Positions 10,601 to 18,733 of a DNA stretch of 43,842 bases are shown here, one piece after another. The notes beneath the pieces were generated by a model. That model did no database searches, was not told the DNA's origin, and worked only from the letters and a program-made list of their open reading frames with translations. The first letter of the stretch is position 1, and each line of letters starts with the position of its first letter. Both the position numbers and the translations under genes were made by a program. The stretch is from an uncultured Gammaproteobacteria bacterium (GTDB lineage Bacteria; Patescibacteriota; Patescibacteriia; Patescibacteriales; UBA12465): positions 1 to 43,842 of the forward strand of contig CAYTEZ010000003.1 in NCBI GenBank assembly GCA_964437025.1. Direction: 5' to 3'.

Positions 10601-11531
10601 AACTCCTAAGAAGAAGGCTTTAATGTCTGAAGTTGAAGGAAAAATTAAAGTTGAATTTGGTCAGAAGACTATTAAGGATAAAGATGGAAAAGATATTTTG
10701 ATAAATAATCCTCAAGAAAAAATCTTAAAGATTATTTATAAGGGTAGAGATACTAAAAAATATTATTTCCGTGAATTATTAAATGAAATTAAGTTATCTG
10801 GTGAAAAACATGGAAAGAAAGATTTAGAACCAAAAATTAAAGTTAAAGAAGGAGAAGAAATTATTACGGGAACTGAACTTTATTCTATTGCTGGTAGATC
10901 AGTTAAGGCTGAGGTTGGTGGTAGCATCAAAATTTCAGATAAGTTTATTGCAGTTGCTTCTGAAGTTGATAAAGTACAAGAGTTCACTATCCCTAAAGGT
11001 TTAATGATTTGGGTTAAAGATGGAGATACTGTTAAACCAGGTGATCGTTTGACTGAAGGAAGTTTTGATCTTAAAGAATTATATCGTTTACGTGGTCAAC
11101 TTGAGACTCAAAAGTATATTATTAAAGAAATTCAATATGTATATTCTTCTCAGGGACAACCTTTAAATGATAAACATATCGAAATCATTGCTCGTCAAAT
11201 GTTCTCTCGTTATTTAGTTAAAGAAACTGGAGAAAGTGATTTATTGCCAGGAGAAACAGTTGAAGATGAGGTTTTGTATCAAGCTAATAAAGATTCTAAA
11301 AACAAAGCTAAGGCTGAAAAATTATTATTAGGTATTACCAAGACTTCACTTACCACTGATAGTTTCTTGTCAGCTGCCTCTTTCCAAGAGACACCTAGAG
11401 TTTTAATCGATGCAGCGCTTAGCGGAAAGATTGATTACTTAGAAGGTCTAAAAGAAAATGTTATCATTGGTTGTTTGATCCCAGCCGGTACTGGATATAA
11501 AGGAAAGAAAAAGAGAGAGATCTATAAATAA
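7602..11531 (+). CDS. rpoC: DNA-directed RNA polymerase beta' subunit
   Basis: Zn-finger [23 protein letters not shown], catalytic [12 protein letters not shown], and the trigger-loop/bridge-helix regions. 1309 aa. Confidence 0.98.
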   Translation: MLNPIKTSDFDAIKLSLASPDDILSWSKGEVVKPETINYRTQKPEKDGLFCEKIFGPVKDWECSCGKYKKIRYKGVVCDKCGVEVTRSVVRRERMGHIKLQVPCSHIWFLKGLSSKVGLVLNLSIQSLEKVVYFANFIVTDVDEKLKNETLEIIKKEYKNKRKNIEDEAQKKIDQIKKEFKEEGSKVVNEKVDEAHKEKEEKTTKLDTDYESVKKELKELRPLLILSEQEYQNLSLKFGHLFEAGIGALAIQTLLRRINLEKTISKLEEKLDTVVETKKDKIIKRLKLLKNLHKNHIRPEWMILDVIPVIPPDLRPMVALDGGRFASSDLNDLYRRVINRNNRLRQLLELNAPEVICRNEKRMLQEAVDSLIDNSARNSKMVTASTGQKRQLKSLADALKGKQGRFRQNLLGKRVDYSGRSVIVVNPKLNLDQCGLPKIMALELFKPFIIAELIKKEIVHNVRSASRYIEAGNDDVWDILQKIIDEAYVLLNRAPTLHRLGIQAFKPILIEGKAIQIHPLVCTAFNADFDGDQMAVHVPLTKEAVAEARDIMLSSHNLLKPATGDPIVTPNQDIVWGAYYITLENPIDKDQEASKFRYFSEEQEALLAYDYKLISLHDVIKVRINKEMVTTTVGRIIFNKIVPEKLKFVNEVLGKGKVKNLIKDCLNIYGEERTVKFIDELKNLSFDFITRSGLSWGFGDLPELPEKDRLIEEANKQVDQIKDQFEEGLLTDSERYSKVIETWTNTKEKIADICKAGLKDSLPVYSMIDSGARGSWAQPVQIIGMKGLVTSPSGAIIELPVKGNLKKGYSVLEYFISTHATRKGLSDTALRTANAGYLTRRLVDVAQDVIISEDDCGDKEGLLINRVDVEKENDDFFRKISGRYLAKDLVDKKGKVLLGAGELMTEEFIKKNRDKDIESATIRSVLSCKMHKGICAKCYGVDLAYNKEVKLGTTVGIIAAQSIGEPGTQLTMRTFHTGGVASAEDITQGLPRVEEIFENRTPKKKALMSEVEGKIKVEFGQKTIKDKDGKDILINNPQEKILKIIYKGRDTKKYYFRELLNEIKLSGEKHGKKDLEPKIKVKEGEEIITGTELYSIAGRSVKAEVGGSIKISDKFIAVASEVDKVQEFTIPKGLMIWVKDGDTVKPGDRLTEGSFDLKELYRLRGQLETQKYIIKEIQYVYSSQGQPLNDKHIEIIARQMFSRYLVKETGESDLLPGETVEDEVLYQANKDSKNKAKAEKLLLGITKTSLTTDSFLSAASFQETPRVLIDAALSGKIDYLEGLKENVIIGCLIPAGTGYKGKKKREIYK

Positions 11532-11546
11532 TATTTATTCGTTTTA

Positions 11547-11575
11547 ATGAACCCCTGTTTCAGACAGGGGTTCAT
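11547..11575 (+). terminator. Hairpin after rpoC (12-bp stem, 5-nt loop)
   Basis: ATGAACCCCTGT-TTCAG-ACAGGGGTTCAT. No U-tract follows on the plus strand, so terminator function is uncertain. Confidence 0.5.
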
Positions 11576-11592
11576 GATAAAAAAATAAATCT

Positions 11593-12132
11593 ATGAAAAT
11601 AATTGTTGGGCTAGGTAATCCTGGTGAAAAATATCAAAAAACCAGACACAATGCTGGCTTTATGCTCCTTGATTTTTTAGCTGGAGCTGAGGCTTCTTGG
11701 AAACTAGAAAAAAAGTTTAATGCTTTAGTGTTTGAAAAAGGTGATTTAACTTTGATTAAGCCTTTAACTTTTATGAATAATTCAGGACTATCGGTTAGAG
11801 CCTTTATGGATTATTATAAGTTACTCCCTAAAACCATGGGCTTGTTTGCCAAGAAAGATTTAGACCTAAGTGAAATGCTAACAGTTGTCCATGATGATTT
11901 AGATATTGAATTTGGTAGAATAAAAACTTCAATTAATTCTTCTAGCGCTGGGCACAATGGAGTTCAATCAGTTATTAACCATTTAAAGACTAAGAATTTT
12001 AAAAGACTTAGAATCGGAATTAACAATGAGTTTAAAAATAATATTCCAGGAGACAAGTTTGTTTTGCAAAACTTCTCAACCACAGAGTTAGAAAGACTAG
12101 AAAATATTTTTCAGGAACTTAAAGAGATATAA
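11593..12132 (+). CDS. pth: Peptidyl-tRNA hydrolase
   Basis: MKIIVGLGNPGEKYQKTRHNAGF and HDDLD motifs. 179 aa. Confidence 0.95.
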   Translation: MKIIVGLGNPGEKYQKTRHNAGFMLLDFLAGAEASWKLEKKFNALVFEKGDLTLIKPLTFMNNSGLSVRAFMDYYKLLPKTMGLFAKKDLDLSEMLTVVHDDLDIEFGRIKTSINSSSAGHNGVQSVINHLKTKNFKRLRIGINNEFKNNIPGDKFVLQNFSTTELERLENIFQELKEI

Positions 12133-12147
12133 TATATATAGATAGAT

Positions 12148-12186
12148 AAAAAAAGACCTAGTATTAATACTAGGTCTTTTTCTTTT
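12148..12186. terminator. Bidirectional intrinsic terminator (pth on plus; candidate ncRNA-A on minus)
   Basis: AAAAAAAGACCTAGTA-TTAA-TACTAGGTCTTTTTCTTTT: perfect stem with an A-run before it and a T-run after it. Confidence 0.85.
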
Positions 12187-12339
12187 AAATAATAGTTGTG
12201 GAAAAAACTCGGAAGAGTTTTAAAATTTAAAAATCAGAGAGACCTAACCAGGGCAAAAAAGGGAGTCCCCTATTATGTTTCGATTTTTATCTTAAAACCC
12301 TTATTTCCGAGCTACATCCTCAACCACTATTTTTAAAGT
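12148..12339 (-). ncRNA. Candidate structured ncRNA-A (~190 nt, rod-like), family unknown
   Basis: Its own promoter lies at 12346-12374 (minus). Four nested long-range helices: 12192-12201/12324-12330, 12206-12214/12305-12313, 12217-12223/12292-12298 and 12228-12235/12282-12289. It ends at the bidirectional terminator. No ORF. Confidence 0.5.
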
Positions 12340-12345
12340 GAAATT

Positions 12346-12374
12346 ATTATAGCATATATAATAAAAAGCGTCAA
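12346..12374 (-). promoter_or_regulatory. Near-consensus sigma70 promoter on the minus strand (drives ncRNA-A)
   Basis: Minus strand reads TTGACG (12374-12369), exactly 17 nt, TATAAT (12351-12346). Confidence 0.65.
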
Positions 12375-12445
12375 GAGGTGCAAATTAATCTAGTTTTTAT
12401 AAATACTTTAGGATAGCTTTAAATAATCTATGCTAGTATTTCTTT

Positions 12446-13375
12446 ATGTTTAACGAAAAGAAATACGCCCTAGCTTTTAATTGTTTAATCAGTTTTGATT
12501 ATCAATTGTATAAAAGATTAATGGATAAATTTGGTAGCTTACAAAAAGCTTTTTATAGCCCTTATTTAGAATTGCTTTCAGTTTTTAAGAGCGAAAAAAA
12601 ATTATCATTATTTATACGGGGGAGAAAATCTTTTTCTTTCACTGATATTTTTTTTAAGTTAGAAAAGGAGGGAATTAACCTTTGTTTTATTCAAGATGAT
12701 AATTATCCAAAGTATTTAAAGAGTATATATAATCCACCACCTTTGTTTTATTACAAAGGTAATTTGAATATTAATTGGAGTAATTCTTTGGCGGTTGTTG
12801 GGGCGAGAAGGTTTAGCGATTATGGTCAAAAGATTGTTGAAAAAATAATCCCTGGTGTTAGTTGCGAGGGTGTAGCAATTGTTTCAGGACTAGCTTTAGG
12901 GATTGATTCCCTGTCTCATCGAGCCACTCTTAAATCTAGAGGTAAAACGGTTGGGGTTTTGGGTTCTGGCTTAGATCAATCTTCAATTTATCCTTATAGT
13001 AATAAATATCTAGCTTTAGAAATTATAGCTAGTGGTGGTCTGCTTATTTCGGAGTTTCCTTTAGGCACTAAACCTTTGGCCCATCACTTCCCGCAAAGAA
13101 ATAGAATTATAGCTGGGCTTACTCCGGTTACTTTGGTGGTTGAGGCTGGTATAAAATCAGGTTCTTTGATTACAGCCAAAAGTGCTCTAGAAGAAGGAAG
13201 AGAGGTTTGCTCTATTCCAGGGGATATCTTTTGTGATAATTTAGCGGGTAATAATTTTTTATTACAAAATGGGGCGGGGCTAATTTTAGAAATAGCTGAT
13301 ATTTTAGCTTATTTTGCCATTACACCAAGAAATACTAGAGATAGAGAAGAAAACCTCAAAAATAGCCATTTTTAG
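12446..13375 (+). CDS. dprA: DNA processing protein DprA (Smf)
   Basis: Rossmann-like DprA core AVVGARRFSDYGQ, SGLALGIDSLSHRA, FPQRNRIIAGL. The adjacent topA matches the common dprA-topA pairing. Confidence 0.9.
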   Translation: MFNEKKYALAFNCLISFDYQLYKRLMDKFGSLQKAFYSPYLELLSVFKSEKKLSLFIRGRKSFSFTDIFFKLEKEGINLCFIQDDNYPKYLKSIYNPPPLFYYKGNLNINWSNSLAVVGARRFSDYGQKIVEKIIPGVSCEGVAIVSGLALGIDSLSHRATLKSRGKTVGVLGSGLDQSSIYPYSNKYLALEIIASGGLLISEFPLGTKPLAHHFPQRNRIIAGLTPVTLVVEAGIKSGSLITAKSALEEGREVCSIPGDIFCDNLAGNNFLLQNGAGLILEIADILAYFAITPRNTRDREENLKNSHF

Positions 13376-13414
13376 CCTTTTAAAGGGTGTCTAGGGCTGG
13401 TTTTAAGAGCCTAT

Positions 13415-13443
13415 TTGTGTTTTTTTCATTTTAATATTATAAT
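13415..13443 (+). promoter_or_regulatory. topA promoter candidate
   Basis: TTGTGT (13415-13420), 17 nt, TATAAT (13438-13443). Confidence 0.5.
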
Positions 13444-13478
13444 TGTTTTATAAAAATTAAAGGTTCTCCTCATAATAT

Positions 13479-15689
13479 ATGAATTTAATAATCGTTGAGT
13501 CACCAACTAAGGCTAAGACCATAGCCAAATTTTTAGGCGGGGAATATAAAGTTGAGTCATCTTTTGGTCATATTAGAGATTTGCCCAAAAGTGAATTAGG
13601 GGTTGATTTAGAAAATAACTTTAAACCAAAATATGTTATTCCTCTAAAGTCTAAAAAAAGAGTTACCGAATTAAAGAAGCTGGCTCAAATGTCTCAGTCA
13701 GTTATTTTGGCGTCTGATGAAGACCGCGAAGGAGAAGCCATTGCTTGGCATTTATTAGAGTCCTTAGGGCTTAGCGAAGAAAAGTATAAAAGAATAGCCT
13801 TTCATGAAATTACTAAAGAGGCTATTTTGAATGCTATAGAACATCCTAGAAGAATAGATAATAAAATGGTTGATGCTCAGCAAACTCGTAGAATTTTAGA
13901 TCGTTTAGTGGGCTATAAACTATCTCCATTTCTTTGGAAAAAAGTAGCTAAGGGATTATCAGCTGGTCGTGTACAAAGTGTAGCGGTTAGACTTATTGTA
14001 GAAAAAGAAAGAGAAATTAAAGCTTTTGTTCCACAAGAGTATTGGGATATTGAAGCTACATTACTAAAAGATAAAGATGAATTTAAAGCTCACTTACTTA
14101 AAGTAAATAACAAGACATTAAATAAGCTTCATTTTAAAACTGAAGAGCAAACTCAGGAAGCTTTGACTGCTATTGAAAAAGGTTCTTGGATTGTTTCTAA
14201 AGTTGAGGGTAAAGAAACTGTTAAAAATCCATTACCTCCTTTTACTACTTCTACTTTGCAACAGGCAGCTAACCGTCGTTTAGGTTACAGTGCTAAACAA
14301 ACTATGTCAGTTGCTCAAAAATTATATGAGATGGGATTTATTACCTACATGAGAACTGACTCTCTAAATTTGTCGGAAAAGTTTAAAAACGAAACAGTAC
14401 AATATATTACTGAACAATTGGGAGAAAAATATATTGCTAAATCCGGCAGAGCTTTTAAGAATAAAAGTAAAAACGCTCAAGAAGCTCACGAAGCTATTCG
14501 TCCAACCCTAGCTTTTAATACACCAGAAAAAATAGAAAATAAATTAGATAAAATTCAAGCTAAACTTTATCAACTTATTTGGCAAAGAACTGTTGCCTCT
14601 CAAATGGCCGGAGCTATTTTAGATACTGTAGCCGTTGATATTTTGGCTGGAGAAAAACAAGAATATTTATTCAAAGCTAATGGACAAACAGTCAAATTTA
14701 AAGGCTATCTTGAAGTATATCCAGAAAAGGTTTCTGAGAATGAATTACCATTGCTTGAAATTAAGGAAGAATTAGAATTAAAGAAATTGGAAAAAAGCCA
14801 GCACTTTACCCAAGCCCCAGCTCGTTACTCTGATGCTAGTTTAGTTAAGGAGTTAGAAAAATATGGTATTGGCCGTCCTTCAACCTATGCTCCAACTATT
14901 TCCACTATTATTGAAAGAAATTATGTTAATAGAGATGACAAGAAAAAACTTTTTCCAACCGATATTGCCTATGTGGTTATTGATCTCTTAGTAGAACACT
15001 TTCCGCAAATTGTTGATTACAAATTTACAGCTGAGATGGAAAATGATTTAGATAGTATTGCTCTAGGAAAAAAACAATGGCAACCAGTCATTGAAGATTT
15101 TTGGGTTCCTTTTGAAAAAAATTTAAAAGATAAATATATGGAATTAGACAAAAAAAGTTTTGCTCCCGAAGAAGAGAGCAACGAAGTGTGTGATAAATGT
15201 GGAGCAAAGATGATTGTAAAAACTGGTCGCTTTGGCAAGTTTTTAGCTTGTAGTGCTTTCCCTGAATGTCGAAATATTAAATCAATAGGAGGACAAGCAA
15301 ATAGCGCTCCTAGAGAAGAGAGCCAAGAGATGAAAGATATTAAAGAAAAATATCAAGGAGAAAAATGTGACAAGTGTGGTGCTGAAATGATTGTTCGTAT
15401 GGGAAAATTTGGTCCTTTCTTGGGCTGTAGTGCTTATCCAAAATGTAAGAACTTAAAAAATATTGATAAGAATGGAGAATCCGAGAAAGAAGTGCCTTGC
15501 CCAGCTTGTGGAGTAGGAAAAATAGTTAAAAAGTTTTCTCGTCGTGGTGTTTTCTATGCTTGTAGTGCTTATCCAAATTGTAAGAATGCTTACTTTGCTA
15601 AACCAACCGGAGAGAAATGTTCAAAGTGTGGAGCTTTGATGGTCGAGGATAAAAATGGACCAAAGTGTTCTAATAAGGATTGCGAATAA
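13479..15689 (+). CDS. topA: DNA topoisomerase I with four C-terminal zinc ribbons
   Basis: TOPRIM start MNLIIVESPTKAKTI, active-site region GFITYMRTDS, and four CxxC...CxxxxC repeats at the C-terminus. Confidence 0.97.
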   Translation: MNLIIVESPTKAKTIAKFLGGEYKVESSFGHIRDLPKSELGVDLENNFKPKYVIPLKSKKRVTELKKLAQMSQSVILASDEDREGEAIAWHLLESLGLSEEKYKRIAFHEITKEAILNAIEHPRRIDNKMVDAQQTRRILDRLVGYKLSPFLWKKVAKGLSAGRVQSVAVRLIVEKEREIKAFVPQEYWDIEATLLKDKDEFKAHLLKVNNKTLNKLHFKTEEQTQEALTAIEKGSWIVSKVEGKETVKNPLPPFTTSTLQQAANRRLGYSAKQTMSVAQKLYEMGFITYMRTDSLNLSEKFKNETVQYITEQLGEKYIAKSGRAFKNKSKNAQEAHEAIRPTLAFNTPEKIENKLDKIQAKLYQLIWQRTVASQMAGAILDTVAVDILAGEKQEYLFKANGQTVKFKGYLEVYPEKVSENELPLLEIKEELELKKLEKSQHFTQAPARYSDASLVKELEKYGIGRPSTYAPTISTIIERNYVNRDDKKKLFPTDIAYVVIDLLVEHFPQIVDYKFTAEMENDLDSIALGKKQWQPVIEDFWVPFEKNLKDKYMELDKKSFAPEEESNEVCDKCGAKMIVKTGRFGKFLACSAFPECRNIKSIGGQANSAPREESQEMKDIKEKYQGEKCDKCGAEMIVRMGKFGPFLGCSAYPKCKNLKNIDKNGESEKEVPCPACGVGKIVKKFSRRGVFYACSAYPNCKNAYFAKPTGEKCSKCGALMVEDKNGPKCSNKDCE

Positions 15690-15700
15690 TTCAAAAAAAT

Positions 15701-16006
15701 ATGGAATACAATAAACTAGTTAGAGATAACATTCCAGAGATTATAATAAAGAACAATCAAAAGCCATTCACTCATATTGCTGGTGAAGAAGAATTTAGAC
15801 AAGCTTTAAAGAATAAGTTATATGAGGAGGTTAATGAATTTATTGAAACCCCTAATCTGGGAGAGATGGCTGATGTTTTAGAAGTAATGTATACCATTTG
15901 TGGTTTTAAAGAAGATGATATTAAAGAACTAGAGATATTTCGGCAAGAGAAGTTAAAAAAGAACGGATCTTTTAGTAAAAGGATAATACTAGAAAAAGTT
16001 GATTAA
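15701..16006 (+). CDS. MazG-like all-alpha NTP pyrophosphohydrolase (phosphoribosyl-ATP pyrophosphohydrolase-like)
   Basis: MEYNKLVRDNIPEII and the EEVNEF...EMADVLEV acidic helix pattern. ATG at 15701 is preferred over 15680, which overlaps topA. Confidence 0.7.
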   Translation: MEYNKLVRDNIPEIIIKNNQKPFTHIAGEEEFRQALKNKLYEEVNEFIETPNLGEMADVLEVMYTICGFKEDDIKELEIFRQEKLKKNGSFSKRIILEKVD

Positions 16007-16013
16007 TATAAAT

Positions 16014-16051
16014 AAAAAACACCACCAGTTTAGTGTCTGATGGTGTTTTTT
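16014..16051. terminator. Bidirectional terminator between convergent genes
   Basis: AAAAAACACCACCAG-loop-CTGATGGTGTTTTTT with an A-run and a T-run on the flanks. Confidence 0.8.
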
Positions 16052-16064
16052 AAGATGTTTATAT

Positions 16065-17276
16065 TTATTCTAATTCTTTTGCTAATTCTTCAAAGTGTTT
16101 ATTTTCGTCAGTTGCACTCTTTATTAGTTCTTCGTATTGAGAATATAGATTTTCCATGTTTATAGTAACTCCGAAACTATTATTATCACTAAGTTCGTTA
16201 TATGTAAGCAATTTGTGGTTTTTTATATTTTTGAGAAAGTTTTTAATTTCATTAATTATTTTATTATTTTCTATTCCCTTGAATTCTAATAATTTTTGCA
16301 ATTCTTTTATATTTCTATTTTCTGTTATATCTCCTAAAGATTTTATAGCTTCCCAAAATTTAACTTCATATTTTGCAGCATCAGCTTGGAATTTAAAATA
16401 CTCTCTTTTTATGTTATTTGGTATTTCTTTACCGTATTTTTCTTGTTGTTCCTTTGCTTCGTTGTAGTCAACTAAAGCCGGAATTAAAAGCTTGCCGAAC
16501 TCATTTTTTTTGCCTCCATATTTATTTTCAATGCTATCATGAAATTCTTTTAGATCTCTTTTTATTTTTTCTTCTTCTGGATATTTTTTTTTATTATTTT
16601 CTAATAGAGATTTTATTTTTCTGATATTGTCCTCTATTTCATCCTCGGTCATGCCAGCTTTTTTTCTAGTTTTATTCATTTCTTCAAATATTTTTTTATA
16701 TTCTTCTCCTGACATTTTTTCTTGATTGTCTCTATTTATTTCTAAATATGCTTTCCAATATCCTTCAGCTTTAATAGCATCATCCCTTTCTTTATTAAGA
16801 CCATCAATCTTTTTTTCTAGGTTTGCTGATATTTTAATAATTTCTTCAGCTGCCTCCTTATCTGGAAATTCTTCAATACCACTTTTTTCTCCAGCAACAT
16901 TATCGGCTTCAAATTTTTCAATATCCGAATTAATTTTTTCCATTTCAACTAAGACCTGATTACGTTCATTGCGCAATTCATTTAAACTAACAGCGACTTC
17001 TGAAATGGTGGCATTATATTCGTCCTTAAATTCTTCATCGGTATTTAAACCAGCTTCTTTCATAGTGTCCCTGGTTTCATGAGCCTCAGAACGAAAAGAC
17101 TCAATTTTAGAATCAATATCGTCTAATTTTATTTCCAAGGATCTTTTTTGAGAAATTAAATTTTCTAGCTTTTCTGCTTGACTTTCAGATTTTTCTTTAT
17201 CTTTGGATTCCTTTTCTGCTTTTAGTCTTTTAGCCTTTTCTAAAGGTGATTCCTTGGTTGGAGCTTCTAAATTCAT
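16065..17276 (-). CDS. Highly charged coiled-coil hypothetical protein (403 aa)
   Basis: Long uninterrupted ORF, E/K-rich with heptad-like composition, flanked by its own consensus promoter and terminator. No recognisable domain. Confidence 0.75.
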   Translation of the reverse strand: MNLEAPTKESPLEKAKRLKAEKESKDKEKSESQAEKLENLISQKRSLEIKLDDIDSKIESFRSEAHETRDTMKEAGLNTDEEFKDEYNATISEVAVSLNELRNERNQVLVEMEKINSDIEKFEADNVAGEKSGIEEFPDKEAAEEIIKISANLEKKIDGLNKERDDAIKAEGYWKAYLEINRDNQEKMSGEEYKKIFEEMNKTRKKAGMTEDEIEDNIRKIKSLLENNKKKYPEEEKIKRDLKEFHDSIENKYGGKKNEFGKLLIPALVDYNEAKEQQEKYGKEIPNNIKREYFKFQADAAKYEVKFWEAIKSLGDITENRNIKELQKLLEFKGIENNKIINEIKNFLKNIKNHKLLTYNELSDNNSFGVTINMENLYSQYEELIKSATDENKHFEELAKELE

Positions 17277-17357
17277 ATTTTTGAAGTTAATTTATAAAAA
17301 TCACTTAATATTTTGCTTTTTTTTTATTTATTTTTTAATTGTATAAAATATTATGTA

Positions 17358-17386
17358 ATTATACTATTAATCTCATATTTTGTCAA
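17358..17386 (-). promoter_or_regulatory. Perfect consensus sigma70 promoter for the coiled-coil protein gene
   Basis: Minus strand reads TTGACA (17386-17381), 17 nt, TATAAT (17363-17358), starting 4 nt after the trpS stop. Confidence 0.75.
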
Positions 17387-17389
17387 TAG

Positions 17390-18388
17390 CTAGTTGAAGT
17401 AATCTAATTTCATCGCTTTCTTTACTTTCTTTAGGGTTTGACTAGCTTTGGCTTTAGCTTTTTTAGTTCCGTCTTTTAATATCTTGTCTACTAGCTTTGG
17501 TCTTTCTTCATAATACTTTCTTCTCTTTTGTATGGGCTCTAGGAATTCAATAACTTTTTCCGTTAGCTCTTTTTTACATTGAGCGCAACCTCTAGCTCCA
17601 GCTTGGCATTCTTTCTTTATAGTGTTAGTGTTTTCTTTGTTAAATAATTGGTGGTAAGAATAGACAGTGCAGATTTCAGGTCTTCCTTTATCATCTATCT
17701 TTATTTTTTGGCTATCAGTTAAGGCCTTCTTTATTTTTTGTTCAATAGTTTCTTTAGAGTCAGCGATATAAATAGAATTATTTAAACTCTTACTCATCTT
17801 GGAATTACCATCCAATCCCTTTACCCTAGGAGCGTCTCCCACTAAAGCTTCTGGCATGGTAAGTGTTGGACCATAGATGTTATTAAACTTTTTTACTATA
17901 TCAACTGTTTGTTCAATCATGGGTAGTTGATCTTCTCCTACTGGAACTAAGTTAGCTTCAAAGGCAGTAATATCAGCCGCTTGGCTAACAGGGTAGCCTA
18001 AGAAGCCATAGGTAACACTATCTTTGAATAGTTCGTCTTTTTGTTTAATCTCAGTCTTTACAGTTGGATTACGTTGCAGACGAGAAATGGTAACTAGATT
18101 GGAATAGAAGACAGTTAATTCTGCTATTTCAGGGATAAGTGATTGAATAAAGATGGTTGATTTTTTGGGATCAATACCAACAGCTAGGTTATCCATAGCT
18201 ACTTCTCTGACATTTTTTCTAACCTTTTCCGGATCAGAAAAATTATCAGTTAAGGCCTGAACATCAGCTACCATGATATATGTTTCGTAATCTTTTTGTA
18301 GTTTAACCCGATTTAAAAGGGAACCAAATAGATGGCCAATATGTAATTGTCCGGTTGGACGATCACCGGTAAGGATTATTTTTTTCAT
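17390..18388 (-). CDS. trpS: Tryptophan--tRNA ligase
   Basis: Class I signatures TGQLHIGHL (HIGH) and KMSKS. 332 aa, TrpRS-like throughout. Confidence 0.95.
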   Translation of the reverse strand: MKKIILTGDRPTGQLHIGHLFGSLLNRVKLQKDYETYIMVADVQALTDNFSDPEKVRKNVREVAMDNLAVGIDPKKSTIFIQSLIPEIAELTVFYSNLVTISRLQRNPTVKTEIKQKDELFKDSVTYGFLGYPVSQAADITAFEANLVPVGEDQLPMIEQTVDIVKKFNNIYGPTLTMPEALVGDAPRVKGLDGNSKMSKSLNNSIYIADSKETIEQKIKKALTDSQKIKIDDKGRPEICTVYSYHQLFNKENTNTIKKECQAGARGCAQCKKELTEKVIEFLEPIQKRRKYYEERPKLVDKILKDGTKKAKAKASQTLKKVKKAMKLDYFN

Positions 18389-18390
18389 GA

Positions 18391-18702
18391 TTATTTTTTC
18401 TTAGAACTTTTTTTAGTACTTTTTTCTTCACTATTTCCTCTTCTGGACATAAAATAGTCCATAGCTCTTTCAGCTAATTTCCCAAAAAGGAAAAGATAGG
18501 AACTGCTTTGTTTAACTTTGTCTTGGATTAATTCCATTAATCCTTCAACTTTGTTAACTCCCTTTTCAATTTGTGAGCTAACCTTGTTAATTCTTCTAAG
18601 GTTGGCAATTAGATAGAAAAGAGCAACACAAAGAAAAATAGCTACCACCAAAATGGAGGCTGAGGCAGAGATATTTAGCATATCTCGACTGTTTTCAAAC
18701 AT
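18391..18702 (-). CDS. Small membrane-anchored hypothetical protein (possibly DUF948-like)
   Basis: One N-terminal TM helix, a coiled segment and a lysine-rich tail. Tightly packed between pheT and trpS. Confidence 0.6.
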   Translation of the reverse strand: MFENSRDMLNISASASILVVAIFLCVALFYLIANLRRINKVSSQIEKGVNKVEGLMELIQDKVKQSSSYLFLFGKLAERAMDYFMSRRGNSEEKSTKKSSKKK

Positions 18703-18733
18703 ATTTTTTTAGTTAATTTTTATGTTCAATGTA

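Noticed and set aside
12148-12339. Identification of the three candidate ncRNAs (12148-12339, 29328-29468, 31541-31747) as SRP RNA, 6S RNA, RNase P RNA, tmRNA or a riboswitch
   Set aside because: I could not find the SRP helix-8 signature (GNRA tetraloop followed by AGCA on the 3' side) in the right order. The RNase P GAGGAAAGUCC box and a tmRNA tRNA-like end are also absent. No downstream gene exists for a cis-regulator. CCTGGTTAGGTCTC in ncRNA-A resembles the SRP 5' strand only superficially. 6S-like identity cannot be excluded without a covariance-model search.
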